NCBI GenBank assembly: GCA_964019335.1
Contig: OZ025712.1
Span: 248,001-312,000, forward strand
Source: Diplonema japonicum
Taxonomy: Eukaryota > Protista > Euglenozoa: Diplonemea
Reading direction: 5' to 3'
Length of the DNA stretch: 64,000 nt
Both the position numbers and the translations under genes were made by a program. Shown here piece after piece: positions 10,498 through 23,714 of this stretch (within the stretch, counting starts at the first letter, position 1; each line of letters begins with the position of its first letter). The notes beneath the pieces are model-generated. The model had not been told where the DNA came from. It did no database searches and saw only the letters and a program-made list of their open reading frames with translations.

Positions 10498-12939
10498 TCA
10501 TCTATGCCTCCTAGATGCAAACCTACGTGACGAATTACTGTATTTTTTTTACCTTTTTTTTTTCCCCTCCCCTTCATACCCTTTTTTTTTAACAGGTAAA
10601 GAGTCCTCATATTCACTTTCAGAGTGTGTAAAGCTGCTCTCAGTGTAGCTCGTGGGAGTGGTGTGAAGGTAGCTGCTAGTAGACACCGAAGACGGAGAAA
10701 CAGAAGACGTCCCACTGTACCCACCACCGTTATGTTTTCTTGGGGGTGTGGGCGGTAGAAGGTGGAGGCCCTTTGCCTCCTCCCTCAGTGTGCGTGACAG
10801 AGCAGAGAGCTGGGTCTGGACAAAGCTCGCATCTTCCTTTAATCCTGGCGACCCTGAGTCTGCTGCCTTTGACAGTTTTCTAAACTGCCTCATCAGATCT
10901 TCTGCGTGGGCCACCCTCTCCCTGAACCGCTCTATAGCGATGTCCCGTTCTCGGTCTCCGTGGTTAGCTGTGTGGGTGCTGTGCCCCCGCCTCTTTGGAC
11001 TCCGTTCCTTCTTTTTGTGAAACAGATTCGAAAAAAACCCTGCCCGTTCCTTTCTCTTGGTCCCCTCTACCCCCACTCTCGGTACTGTGCTGGGGCCTTG
11101 GCTCACGTACGTGCTGTACCCACCCACCGTGCCCACCTGTGCAGCATGTTCCGCACCCATAGGAGGGCGGCTATGCACCGGTGGATAGCTTACTGGTAAG
11201 GGCGGTGTCACCGTGGGCTGCGACACCTGTGGCCGCTGTTGCATGTTCGTGTTGTAGCTCTGCTGAACAAGGCCCATGAGCTGGCTGCACAACGACCGCA
11301 TCCTCCCCATCTCTTCCTCCAGAGCGTTGATGCGCTTCATGTTCTCCACATCTTTAACCGGGCTTGCAGGCGGCGGCGGCAACGTCGTGATCCTCAAAGG
11401 CTCCACCTGTTGCGGCTGTGGCGGCTGCATTCCTTTCAACTGTAGCAGCTGCTGTGTGTCTTGCTGCGGGTACACCTGTTGGTTGATCTGCTGCTGCTGA
11501 GTGAGAAGCTCGATCTGCGATTTCTGATGTGAGGCCAGCTCCTGGTGGATGTCTTGCAGTTCCTTGATCTGCTGGACTAGCTGGTTTCTGAAGCCCGGTT
11601 TCGAAGCGTCGGTCCCCGCCCACGAAGCATTGGCCGTGCGACGTTCCTCGGGCGATGTGGACACGGCTCGGTCTCTCGTGTTGTTTGGGAAAAACTGCGA
11701 CGTAAAGGGTGTGGCGGCCACAGTACCACCGGGGGGGATCCAGCCGGCGGCGACGAGAGTGTTGACGTCTACACCTCGCGAAGCGGGCTGGGAGCTCTGC
11801 ATGGGGACGGGGGACGGGCCGATCTGGGAGGACCCACGCAAGGTGGGTTCCTTCACGGTGGCGGCGGGCGTGGACACGGGAGGGGGTGGCTGCGACGGCA
11901 GAGCAGGGCTGCTTCTGTTGCTCTTCGAGTTCGCAGAGTCGATTTTAGCTTGCTGCTGCTGAATCAACGCCTGCTGCTGCATGATCTGGTTTTGCAGTGC
12001 CTGCTGCTGCTCCAACAACACTTCATGTGTCCTGCTGTGCGTGCTGCTCGGCGATGCCCCCTCAGCTTGGGTAAGCTGCACCCTTCCCCCCGCCGAGCTA
12101 CCCCCCATGCTCCTCGGCATTATAGGCGCTGCCTCACTTAGTTTCCTGTCTGCATACTCAACGAGGAACGTGAAGGCAGCCGCGTCCTCGGGGTACATGG
12201 ACATGAGGCGCTCCGCGAGTGCTCTTTCATTACCTTTCTTGGCGTTCAGAATTTTGGGCACATTTTTGGCCTTCTCCTCTTGACCCGGTTTGTTGTGGTA
12301 GAAGTCAATTAAGCGTTCACATAAAGGGATCTGGTCTGGCTCCAGCTGGCTAAATTCTTCCATGGCCGTCATGGGGATGCGGGAAGGGGGGGCAGACGAC
12401 AGCTTAGACGATGCGGTCGGGTGCGAGGGTATCTCGTCGGGACCGTGCTGCTGTATGTAGGTCTGCAGCCACGAGAGGTTCGAAGACTGCTCCGCCCCGT
12501 AGTTGTTGAGGAGCTTTTGAAGGAGTTGCCCGGGACGCTTCTTATAGCTACTCCATATGATCCCAGCCTTGGGGACGTTTCCGGGGGCATTCACCCTGTA
12601 AAAGTCCTGTATTTTCGCCACCGCCTCTTCGTCAGTCAATTGTACAGGGGACACAGGCTTTGAGTCGTGTGTATCCTTTCCTGACCGCCTGCTGCTCCTG
12701 CCACCTGCAAGGAACACCTCCCAATCCTTGATCCATTCCAGGTCTTGAAGCAGATCGGGGTACTTAACCTTCAGTGCATCGTACAGCGCAGTGGGGTTGT
12801 TGTTGTATTTTGGATTGTCGATAATTTTCCTCCCTATGCCCACCTTCGCGTCGGTGTAGCCCGCTTCGAGAGCCTTTTGGTGAAACTCATTGAGCTTTTC
12901 CGCCAAGGCATCTGGCGTGAACTCCGATGCATCCGTCAT
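10498..12939 (-). CDS. hypothetical protein with three N-terminal helical repeats and Q/P-rich coiled-coil regions
   Basis: 796-aa ORF; intron 10538-10579 (GTATGA...ACAG) gives the terminus GNSSRRFASRRHR*. Repeats of the form (L/I)xxF(Y/H)...IxxxxKxxxxxLxxxLxxxY. Confidence 0.8.
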
Positions 12940-13089
12940 TTATTGGACCCGCATTGGCAGCTCGCCCCTGTAGGAGGAAATGTACACCCGGGGCAGGAGA
13001 GCGGAACAAAACAACAACAACAACAAAAAAAAAAAAACAAAACCTCGCGATAGAGAAGCTTTTTTTTAATATAATTTTCTATCTATTTT

Positions 13090-13914
13090 TCAATACAACG
13101 GCTCGAATGGGAGGTCAGTCTCTGGTTTCGATTTCTGCGAGGCGGCTTCCCCTGAGGCGCTTTGCGCTTCCCTGTACAAGTGTTTTGCTTCCTGCGCAGC
13201 TCTCCCGCCAATGTACTGTTCAAAGATGTGGTTGCTCGTGGGAGGCGGTGGAGGGGATTCAAGAGGCAACGGGGGTTCAGGAGCAACGGTCCGCCCTGAT
13301 CTATTCAAAGCTTCCCGCGCCCTTATAGGCGAACCCTGGTATATGAGATTGTTGAAGCCACGCACGCACCGGTCCGCATCTTGTGGGGACCCGAAGTACA
13401 GCGTGGCCTCGTGTGGCACAGGGGGGGACGTTGGTGCACAGGTTCTGCAAACTTTCTTTAGGTTCGCACCCTCCGCGTTAAATTCATGTTTTGCTTCCAA
13501 AGTTCTCGAGATGGGCCAGTCCTGCGGTAAATTGCTGATGTCGACTCGAAAGTTCTCCCGCGACACCTTCCTTCGGCGGTCCCCAACCCATTTTTTAGAT
13601 AACCTCATGTGTTCCAGTCGTGCCTCCTCCAACTTCACTAAAACCCTCTTTCTTTTCACTATGCTCCTGAAACATGCCTCCGCGGCAGTTGCCCATTGGT
13701 CTTCCAGAGGGGACTCCCGTGCTTCAATCTCGTAAATAGTGCCCATGGACCGCAAGAGGAGGACCCCTGAATCACACCATTTGACCAACTGCTCGAGTGC
13801 GAGGCGTTCGAGCCTTTCATCTATAACGCTTTGCCCATAGCCCATATCAAACACCGTGACGTCAGTGTACATGCTTTGATTCGCAGTGGCACTGCCATGA
13901 GGGTCCGAATCCAT
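13090..13914 (-). CDS. hypothetical protein with a degenerate RRM-like domain
   Basis: 274-aa ORF; FRVDISNLP...EATLYFGSPQDADRCVRGFNNLIYQGSPIRAREA resembles RNP2/RNP1 spacing. Confidence 0.7.
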   Translation of the reverse strand: MDSDPHGSATANQSMYTDVTVFDMGYGQSVIDERLERLALEQLVKWCDSGVLLLRSMGTIYEIEARESPLEDQWATAAEACFRSIVKRKRVLVKLEEARLEHMRLSKKWVGDRRRKVSRENFRVDISNLPQDWPISRTLEAKHEFNAEGANLKKVCRTCAPTSPPVPHEATLYFGSPQDADRCVRGFNNLIYQGSPIRAREALNRSGRTVAPEPPLPLESPPPPPTSNHIFEQYIGGRAAQEAKHLYREAQSASGEAASQKSKPETDLPFEPLY

Positions 13915-14073
13915 TTTTTTTTTTTTTTTGTCCCGCCTCCTCTTTTTCTTCTTTTTTTTTTCCCTCGTTGATAATGAGCACCCGGCAGAAATAAAGAAAG
14001 AGCAGGCACACTCTCACTCTCTCCTTCTCTCTCTCTTTTTTTTTTTTCTTTTTTTTTTTTTTCTTTTGTTTCC

Positions 14074-17000
14074 TCAACTCATCCATTCGGGGTTCGTCAG
14101 GTAGATTTCGGTCACTTCGCTGGGCTTCAACGCAAGCAAGGAAACCAGGATGGGCATCACAGCGCCCCTGACCTCTGAAGGACTTGTAAGGAACTTGATG
14201 ATAACGCTCTGCGGGGTTTCAAATATAAATGAAAAAAAAAAGGGGAATACCTTCAGATAAACCTCACCTGCGGGGTCGGGAGAGGCACTGGAGTTGCTTT
14301 GGGAGGACTTTTGCGGTTGCGCAGAGGCGGTTTTTAGTTCGGAGACAGAGCCTTCTAGTTTGTGGATTTCTTCTTCTTTCAATGAGAGTTTTTTCGTCTG
14401 TTCTGCGACCTTCCGTTCGAGTTGTTGGGTGTGGATGTCCTTTTTGTCGATTTCTGATTGCAAGCTGAAGATTTTCGTGGCAGAGTACTCATGATCCTTG
14501 TCCTTCTCAGACCGAGCCTCGATGATGTCGGTGGTGTACTTGTCTTCCAGTTCTTTGACTCTGTTCATGAGCTCCTTGCTCGGTTTCATCGCCAGTGCTT
14601 TCTCTGCTTTTTCCACGGCCGCGTCCCTCTCTCTTGTGATTGTTTCAAGTCGTATCTGCAATTTCTTGTTCAGCGACCCAAGCTGTCCGGTTTCTGCTTT
14701 CAACATAATGACCTCCTCGTCGACTCCTTTGCGCGATGCCCTCGCGTCGTGATCGAGTTCTTCCATTTCAAGCTGGATGTTCACCTGATTTTTTTTTTTT
14801 TTTATTTTTTGTTTTTTTTTTCCCCCCCGGACGTACCATTTCGATTTCGTGCAGTTCCCTTTCTTGCTGCATTTCTTGGCTGTGACGTTCTTTGAGCTCG
14901 GCCTCGGCTTCTCGGAACTCGGCTTGGCGAAGCTCGACCAGCTGGTTCGCTTCCATTTTGACGTGATTGACCTCGTTCTTGCAGTCCTGTCGGAGCTGGG
15001 ACATTTCGGTGGTGCGGTGGTTTATAACAGCCTGAAGGGGGGGGGTGTCGTATGTTTCATTGTGTTGTGGTGCGTGTGCTTACCTTCAGCTCCTCGACCC
15101 TTTTGGCCATTGAGACGTTGTCAGAGGCCTCATCCTTCTTACTACGTTCGTTGTCATCAAGGTGATCTTGGAGTTGCTGGTTTTCAGTCTGAGTTTTGTA
15201 TTGAAAAAAATTATTGGTTCTTTTTTTTTTTACCTTCGCGTTTGCTAACTGTTGTTCGAGCATTCCCAAGGCCATTTTGTTCACCTTTTTAAACCTCTCG
15301 TGCTCCGTTTGCTCTCCTCTGACCTGGTCCTCCAGGTTTGCGAATTTCACCAGAAGCTCCTCGCGGTCTTTGAAGGCGCTCACGGTGGCTTTCTTTGCCT
15401 CTTCGAGCTCCTTTGTCAGCACAGATAGGTTTTCAGTCAAATGTGCTTCTTTCGTCTTCAATTCCGTAATGGTGGTGGTCGTTTTGTCATGTTCAGCTAT
15501 GGATGCGTCCTTTTCAGCGATCTGCGCTCTCAGCGACTTGATCACAGCATCAAGTTCGCCTTTCATCTCCCGCTGTTCTTTCTTGTGGTTCTCTACGAAT
15601 TTCTCCGCCTTCGTCTTGACCCTCGCAAGCTTCTCTTTGTATCCTTCGATCTCCTTGTCCTTGTCGCCCCCGGCAGCGTTGTGCTGTCGCAGTTCGTTGA
15701 TTTCCTCTTCCTGTTCTTGTATTTTTCGTTCGCGTTCCTCGAGCTGTCCGTGCAGCTCTGTCACCTCGCCCTCCATGCCTTCGTGCGACACGCGCACAGC
15801 CTTTAAAACGTTGTGCGCTTCTTTCAGTTGAGCATCCAGTTTTGAAATACCTTCTTTCTCCACCGCCAGCTGCTCTTCCGCTTCTGCCAGCTTGCTGACG
15901 AACACATCTTTCTCCTCTTCATACGTCACAGCCTTCGCTCGAAGAGCTTCGACAGTTTCGTTCAAAACAGACGCCTCTTCCCGTCCTTCTAGCAGCTGAT
16001 TCACCTTGTTATCCAGCTCTTCACGTGCTGCTTGGATTTCAGTTAAGGCATTTTTGCCCTCTTCGCACTCGACAGTCTTCGCTTCCAGTTGTTCTTCAAG
16101 TGCACTCGCCTTGCTCGCCATGTCGATTTGTGCCGCTTCTAGGGCACTCTTGCTTTCTTCGTGCTCGGTAACCTGTGCCTCCAACCGCGCACGGAGCTCT
16201 GAAACAGTTGAGTTTAAAACAGAGACAGCATTCTCCCCCTCCTGTTCCGCGGTGCTCTGTGCGTCGAGCTGCTGTCGCAGTGCTGCCAGCTCACTGCCCA
16301 GCTTCTCGTTGGTGGTTTGCATGTCGGAAAGCGTTTGTTGTGCTGCGTCTTGTTGGGACTTGGCAGCCTCAAGTTCCGTTCGCAGGGAGCGTTCACCGTC
16401 CTGACGCGAAGCTTCGTTTGAAGCAAGCTGTTGCTGCACCTCATCGAGGGACTCGCTTGCCGCGCTGTATGCCTTTTGGCTGTTGTTGAGCGATAATTCT
16501 AGTTCCTCCACCTGTGCGGCAAGTGCTAGCTTGGTTGTCTCGAGAGCTTCGGCAGCCGTTGTTTGAGACGAAAGCTGCACCTGCAGTCCGTTGACTTCTT
16601 GGGTCAACTCCTCGTGTGCTGCTTGCATTGTCTTCAAAGCATTCTTGCTTTCTTCACACTCCGCGATTCTGTCCTCCAGCTGCGCATGAAGCTCTGCAAT
16701 AACGTCGCGCGAAGCGGACGTGTTAACTTCCTCATCCGCCTGCTTTGCCTGCAGTGCCTCGAGGCTTTTCTTTGCTTCATTGTGCTCGTTCTGTATCTCA
16801 TTGAGGGCGTGCTTAGCGTCTTCTTCCTGTGTTTCTTTGCTCGCAAGCGCTTCTTGAAGCTCCGAAATCTTCTGCTGCAAAGCACCGCAGTCGGCATTCA
16901 CGGTTTGCTGTTCCACGAGTTTGTCGTCCACCTCTTTGAGCCTGGCTTCGAGATCGCCCTTGACTGCTTCGAGTTCTTTAAGCTGCCCTTCAAGAAGTTG

Positions 17001-18827
17001 CACGCGTTGCTTGGCGTCTTCAAGAGTCTCAGTCGGTGCAGGCACGGCAGGCTCCTCCTTTTTAGGAGGCTCTTCTGCGAGATCGCGAGGTGTTTGCGGC
17101 CCCCCTCCTCCACCCTTCTTTTTGTTCTTCTTCTTGTTTTTCTTCTTCTTCTTGCTTCCTTGTGCCTCTTCTGCAGCGTCGTCTCTCGGTGTCGCTGGCT
17201 CCGCTGGTGAAGCAGGCTTGTCTTCTTCCACCTCTTTCACATTGTGTCCATTGCCGTTCCCGCTGTGGTCCACACTCAGCTCTTTCTGTAGCTCGCTCAC
17301 TTTGTTCATCAACTCATCTCTTGCCGTTTCCAGAGAACTCCTGGCTTCCTCGTGCTCAGTGGCCTGCGTCTCTAGTTGTGTACGGAGCTCTGCAACTGCA
17401 GCTTCGCGCTCCTGCCCTGTTGTGTGGTGTGCCTGGAGCTGCTGCTGCAGCTCTGCGATCTCTTCCTCCATCGTTCGCTTTGCTGATGTGTTTTTGTCCA
17501 ACTCTTCACGCAGCTGGTTAGCATCATCGGAGTGCACCGACAGCTGTCCACGAAGCTCTGCAATCGTTCCTTGCATAGCGGACATCTCGGCCGCACCTTC
17601 CTGGCCTTCTGAGCTCTTCGTTTCTAGCTGTTCCGTCAGTGCCTCCAGCTTGCTTTCTGTCTCCTTGCTGGCTTCAGTGAGTCCGGCCATCGTGTCTGCG
17701 AGCTCGCTGCATTCGACGACCTTCACCTCCAGCTGTGCTTCCAGCTCACTCACCTTGCTCACAAGCTCTTCTCTCGACGCTACCGACGCTTCGTGCTCGG
17801 TAACCTGTGCCTCCAACCGCGCACGGAGCTCTGAAACAGTTGAGTTTAAAACAGAGACAGCATTCTCCCCCTCCTGTTCCGCGGTGCTCTGTGCGTCGAG
17901 CTGCTGTCGCAGTGCTGCCAGCTCACTGCCCAGCTTCTCGTTGGTGGTTTGCATGTCGGAAAGCGTTTGTTGTGCTGCGTCTTGTTGGGACTTGGCAGCC
18001 TCAAGCTGAGTTCTGCCTTCCTCGACTTCGCTAGTCTTCGTGTCCAGCTGCACCTGGAGCTCAGCGAAGGAAGCCTCGGTCTTGCCCCTTGCTGCGAGAT
18101 GGTCGTTCACTGTGTTCTCCAATTCCTCGCGTGCGGCTTGAATCGTCACGAACTCGGCGGCCTTTGCCTCCAGCTGCGCGCGGAGCTCTGCGATTGTCTC
18201 GCCTTCTTCTTGCAACCCGGACAGGTTGGCCTCGAGCTTATTGTTGGCGGTCTCAAGGTCGGTTTGCAAGGCGAATATGCTGTTTTGGTGCTCGGCGAGC
18301 TGGGTGGCAAGCTCGCTGTTCTGTTCCTTGAGGGCGGGGAGTTGTAGGAGCTCGGTGGTGAGGGCAGCGATCTGATCCTCAAGAAGCGCGGCGGAGGTTT
18401 GGGAAGCGGTCGCGCGTTCGAATTCCTGCCGCAGGGTGAAGATTTCATCGTCTTTCCTGAGAAGCGTGCCCTGCAGCTCGCCCAGCTGAGAGGAGAGGTT
18501 CATGTTTTGCGTAGAGTACGCAGCTTCGGTGTCTTCCAGTTGTTTCTGCAACATGCTTACTTCGCCTACAGCGAAGCTCTTCTTCGCTTCCATTTCCTTT
18601 CTGCATGTCTCTAGGTCTGTTTTCAGCTGTGTTTCAATGGCGGTATGCTCCTCTTTGTCTTGGCGTAACCTCACGATCTCGTTCCTTTCTTTCGCTACAA
18701 TCTCTTCTACACTGGACTTCCACTTCTTCATTTTCGTTTCCAGCTTCTCCACCTTCGTTCTTGCTGCAAAGGCGGCCTCGCGTGCCTCTTCTACAGGCAT
18801 TTCCTTCAAGTCATCTGGTAGCTCCAT
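14074..18827 (-). CDS. GRIP-domain golgin-like long coiled-coil protein
   Basis: Heptad-rich ORFs joined by introns 15189-15233, 15032-15083, 14785-14836 and 14209-14250; C-terminal EVYLK|SVIIKFLT...MPILVSLLALKPSEV fits the GRIP consensus. Confidence 0.85.
16157..18005. repeat. 217-bp internal direct duplication (16157-16373 = 17789-18005) in the golgin CDS
   Basis: The two copies read identical by eye; the peptide LEAAKSQQDAAQQ...LEAQVTEHE occurs twice. Confidence 0.92.
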
Positions 18828-19288
18828 GTTGAGCCTTCCTAAGTAAAGGGGGGATTTTTATATAATGAGGAAACGCTGGGGGGGTTTTAAAAAAAGAAGA
18901 AATCATATCCGTAAGAGAAAATAGGGGGAAAACAAAACAAAAGGGAAAAAAAAAAAAAAAAGAAAAAAAAAACTCACCCCAAAAGAGTCGGTTGATTGTT
19001 GTTTGCACAGCCGGCCCAGTGAAAAAAAAAGGGGGAGAGCAGAGAATTTTTTGAAAAGTCGCACCTTGCAAAAACAAGACCTCTATTTTTTTTTTTATTC
19101 CCACCCCCTTTCTTTCTTTTTTTTTTTTTATCGAAAAAAAAATAAAACACCGTTCACGGTGAATAGAAAAAAGAAAAAAAAACTTTCTTTTTTCCGAAAA
19201 AATAGAGGCAATAATTGCTTTTTTCTCTTTTTTTTTTTTGAACACACACTCCCCCCCCCCCCCCCCCCCCTCTTTTTCATTTTATTTA

Positions 19289-20174
19289 CATAGCCTGCAC
19301 GTTATACCGATACCAATCGGGTATTTTAATCGGTTCGGGTATTTAAATAGTGCAAAATGGCCTGGGCACGCCGAGGTCCTCTATACCCCCGCAGATGTCG
19401 AGATGGGGTCCAGAAACACAAAATATGATTTTTGGAGACCATGAACATGGGTAACTTAACATCCGAAGCCCACCCCCAATTTTGGCGAATTTTTGGGTGC
19501 GTTATTTTATGTTATTTTAATCGGTGAAAATTTGGAGAATGAGAAGACGCTGTTTCAAGAATGCAACAGGGAGGGATAAGAGGCTAAGAGGGAGCTAGAG
19601 GGATACTTGTGGGTGTTTGGAAGGCATGGCTACCCCCAGTCAGTGGGACTCCAGACGATGCATGAGATGCATGAGGGAACAGCGCTTTGTTCGCTGCATC
19701 GTAAGCAGAGGGTAAAAGCCTGTTCTTACAACACGAGCAGTCCGTGGTGGCAGGAACGTCTGGAGACAAGGACTCTCTTTAGTGCTGGTGCGGATATTCC
19801 AGAGAAAGCTAACGAGTGCACGAGGATTATTTTCCAGAAAAGTTAGTTTCCCCCTTTTTTTAGGGGACCGATGTTTCCGACCTCCCAGTGGTGGTTCCTG
19901 GGTCATTTCTGAAGCCGTACACGTGGGGAAACCTTGACGGGGGTGGAGGCCCACCCTACGCGTGGCGCCGGTTAGCATCGCCCTCAATGGAGGGTTTGCG
20001 GATATTCACCGATTAAAATAACGTGGTAAAATAACGTTATTTAATTCGATATCGTTAAAATAACGGGTACGTAACAAGATTAGGGGCCCTTTTTTGCGTT
20101 ATGGTATTTGATACCGGGTATTTTAAAATATCAATTTGATAACGTTATGCTTGCGTTATAACGTGCAGGCTATG
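19289..20174. mobile_element. non-autonomous TIR element (886 bp), superfamily uncertain
   Basis: Perfect 18-bp TIR CATAGCCTGCACGTTATA, flanked by TATTTA on both sides (or simply TA). Internal 18-bp inverted repeat 19511-19528 / 20005-20022. Confidence 0.85.
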
Positions 20175-20189
20175 TATTTATATCTTTAT

Positions 20190-21023
20190 TTACTCAGCTT
20201 CGATGGATGCATTTGTAACATTACCTTTATTGAGATGCGAGGTCTCACAAGGAGGCGCGAATCGCGCTTCCAAACGGTTTTGAACGATGCTGGGCATCCT
20301 TGTTAGGAACTGGCCGTTTGCTGCTTCTGACAGGATAAAAGCGCAAGCAGGACCCTGAATGGCTTCACCGACAACCGCCCCGGTCACCTGCGCAACCAAA
20401 GAACCAACCAAAACTATGGAATTGGTGGCAAGGGAGATAAAAAGCTTGGTCCTCTTCTGCTGTTTTGTCGTTTTGGTGGACACGTCACTGCAATACGACG
20501 ATACACAGCTAACAGTCGATGAAACAAGGTTCATGACCGTGGGGATTAGCACCCTCTGAACAGTGATGGCAGCACGATGACCACCATTCCTCTCATCGTA
20601 GTCTATGTCCTCTTGCGGAGCTTGAACTGAAGGATAGTACCCCAGTATTCTAATTAAAATAGGAACTCTGGCGGCCGTCAGGAAACGTGCGTAATACGCT
20701 GCTTTTAGCCGTGGAGCCATGTCGAAGTGATACGCGATACACTTCATGTCGTCGCTCCCCTTTTCAAGAAGGGCGCAAGCTGCGGCAACCTGTGCTGTTT
20801 CTTTGGCGGTGACGACAAGGAAGCTGACTGCCGTTTCTTCCAAAAATTTCTTCAACTGCGCGGGGGTTACTGGATCTTCGCCGTGTTCCAGCTGGTGCTG
20901 ATTCAGCTTTGTGGTGAAGGGAACAAGGAGGTTCAAGAGCAACGTGTCCCATCTGAACCAGAAACGTGTCCGTTTCGTTGCCAGCTGGTCTGCGGTTATG
21001 CTCAACGGGGGATATTCCAACAT
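20190..21023 (-). CDS. hypothetical protein, possibly with hydrophobic helices
   Basis: 277-aa clean ORF preceded by a poly(A) leader; no family recognised. Confidence 0.7.
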   Translation of the reverse strand: MLEYPPLSITADQLATKRTRFWFRWDTLLLNLLVPFTTKLNQHQLEHGEDPVTPAQLKKFLEETAVSFLVVTAKETAQVAAACALLEKGSDDMKCIAYHFDMAPRLKAAYYARFLTAARVPILIRILGYYPSVQAPQEDIDYDERNGGHRAAITVQRVLIPTVMNLVSSTVSCVSSYCSDVSTKTTKQQKRTKLFISLATNSIVLVGSLVAQVTGAVVGEAIQGPACAFILSEAANGQFLTRMPSIVQNRLEARFAPPCETSHLNKGNVTNASIEAE

Positions 21024-21028
21024 TGTTG

Positions 21029-21066
<38 letters not shown>

Positions 21067-21638
21067 CCTTTTTTTTTCCTTTTTTTTTTCTCCCCCGCTT
21101 TTATTATTATTTTATTGTAGTCGAAAGAATTAAAAAAAAAGGAAGAAAAAAAAAAACAGACAAGTGTATAAACGCGTGGAATGGGGGGGGGGGGGGGTGG
21201 AATTTTTTTTAAAAAAAGAAAGAAAGAACGCAGTACTCACGGCGTTTTCCAAATATGGTTTCAATATCCCCCCCCCCCCCCCCCCCCGAATTGATGATTG
21301 CAATTATTCTCCTTGAATGAGGAAATTGCCTAGTCATCAGCTTTGCACTGATTGCATCCCTTTTTTTTTGTTGTACATATTATTTTTAAATATTGAAAAT
21401 ATATTTGGGGAACCGTGGTTTCGCTTTTTTTTTTTTAAAAAAAAAGAAGAAAAAAAGAAGAAAGGGGGGGAAGAAAAAAAAAAGGAGCTGTTCATTGGTG
21501 ATGACATATCCAAAAAAAAGGGGGGGGTGTAATTCACTTAATTACTAGACCCAAAAAAGTAATGAAATTCACTTAATAAATAAATATCCCAAAATGGGGT
21601 TTTTTTTTTGGGAACTTTCTTGTTCTTGGGGGCCTGCT

Positions 21639-21683
<45 letters not shown>

Positions 21684-22516
21684 GAACTATACATTTTAAA
21701 ATGATTTGCATTTTTTTTTTTTGTTTGAAGGCCATAGCGTGTGCAACAGCCCCTTTTCTGTAAATGTAGCCTTCAGTGATATTTCGGTGGATGGACCCCC
21801 AGACCCCTTCCAAAAGAATTTAAAAAAAAAAAAAAACCGGTTTTTCAGTTTAAAGTGAATTGCCCCAAAATATAATAGTATTCGCAACTCTTGTTTTTTT
21901 TTTTTTTTTGGTTTTGTTTTTGTTTTTTTTGTTCTCTTTTTGTGTGTGGCGTAGCCACAGCCTTTAGCGGAGGATGGGAAAGAAAAAGAAGAAAAAAAGA
22001 AGTGTCTTGCTTTTTTTTGTGGAGGGCAATCGCTCTTTTACCCATCTAGGGTCCAGCGATGGAGGCTAGTTGCAAAGTTAATCCTAGAAGGCACATTGCT
22101 GGCGCAAACCCCTTTGCACCCTTTGCTCCATGGCGTACGGGGTCATTGGGTGAGTGGAGGGTTGTGTGTGGTCCAAATGAAATAACTACAAACTTTATCC
22201 TTTTAATAAAAAAGAGAAAAGAAACAAGAGAAAAAAAAAAAAAAAAGAGAAACGAAAAAAAAAAAAAAGATGATTTACCGTACCCGATCTGCAACCCCAA
22301 CATTTCTTAGGTCATCATAAATACAAAAAAAAAAAAAACAGGGAGGGGGATGTGGGGAATACAAGATAAGTCACACATTTTTTTTTCTTCGCCTGTTTCT
22401 TCTTCTTTTTTTTTTCATATTAAAAAAAAAAAACAACACCATACCTAACCATAGTAAAAAAAAAAAAAAAAAAGAGGGGTAACACAGTAGTTCTTACACT
22501 TTTCCCCCTCCCCCCA

Positions 22517-22977
22517 TCATTTCCCCAACCCATTCAAAGCTTGCCCAAGCATGCTAATCTGTTCTTCCGTTACCACAACCTAATTTTTGCAAGTGGGTTT
22601 AAAAAAAAAAATAAAAATAAAATAACACACCTTTTCAGCGTCCTCCAGCTCCTTAGCATCGAAGCCTACAACGAACCAAGGATGGATGAGCACGTCGCTC
22701 AGGTTTATTCTTTTTTGCGGGTCCTTCTCAAGAAGGCGTTTGAGAAGGTCTTTGGCTTCCATGCTGATCCCGGGGCAGTCTTCGGGGTCCGAAGTCTTGA
22801 TCTTCTTAAGAAGTGCTTGCACAGAAGAAGCCCGGAAAGGCAAAAACCCTGCAAGAAGGTGGTAGAGAATAACACCGCAAGACCACACATCAGCTCGAAA
22901 ACCGTTGTAGCCGCCTGCAGTGGTGATCACCTCTGGTGCTACATAATTGGGGGTTCCGCAGACGGTCTGGGTTTTTT

Positions 22978-23008
<31 letters not shown>

Positions 23009-23469
23009 CCCATACCCGGAGTTTCAACGAATTTGAAACAGTACCTCCCTCATTCACAAATTGTAGGTTAGAAAGACCGAAGTCGCTGACTTTTAATAGG
23101 TCGCCTTTCGTCAACAAGAAGTTCTCCGGCTTCAGGTCACGATGTGCGACCTGCTGGTTGTGACAGTAGTGCATCGCACAGATAAGCTGCTGGAAGTACC
23201 GCCGAGCGATCTCCTCTTGCATCCCACCGTCTGGTCTAATTTTTCGAAACAGTTCTCCTCCCTGTTATATAAAAAAAAATAAAAAAAATAAAATAAAATA
23301 AAATAGAAAAGAAACTTGTGGTAACATACATCAACGAGCTCCATTACCAAATAAATATTATTGCTTGTCTGCAGCACTTCGCACAGATCTACCACGTGCT
23401 TGTGTTTCAAGCTTTTCATTATCGCTATTTCACGGTAAAGCTGTTCCTTCCCGTGTTCTTGTTTTGCCA

Positions 23470-23501
<32 letters not shown>

Positions 23502-23714
23502 GAAAAAAAGAGAAATGGGGGTTTTTTTTTACCTCTTTTGCAATACATTTAACCGCGTACTCTTTTTTTGTTTCGGTGCATATTGCCCGGTGTACCTCTG
23601 TTAGATTTTTTTTTTCTTTTTTTTTTTTTCCATACTCCCAAAACTCCCTTCGCCCAGAACTTCTTGTAATTTATATTTGCCAACACTTTTCCCAGTCTGG
23701 GGGGGCCGCGACAT
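22517..23714 (-). CDS. CAMKL-family (SNF1/CIPK-like) Ser/Thr kinase; 5 mini-introns
   Basis: [36 protein letters not shown] and DVWSCGV after removing introns 23598-23635, 23474-23532, 23262-23329, 22967-23015 and 22580-22630. Confidence 0.92.

Noticed and set aside
21290-21352. Plus-strand C/D box pair (TGATGA...CTGA)
   Set aside because: Antisense to the gene array, with no clear terminal stem or rRNA guide recognised.
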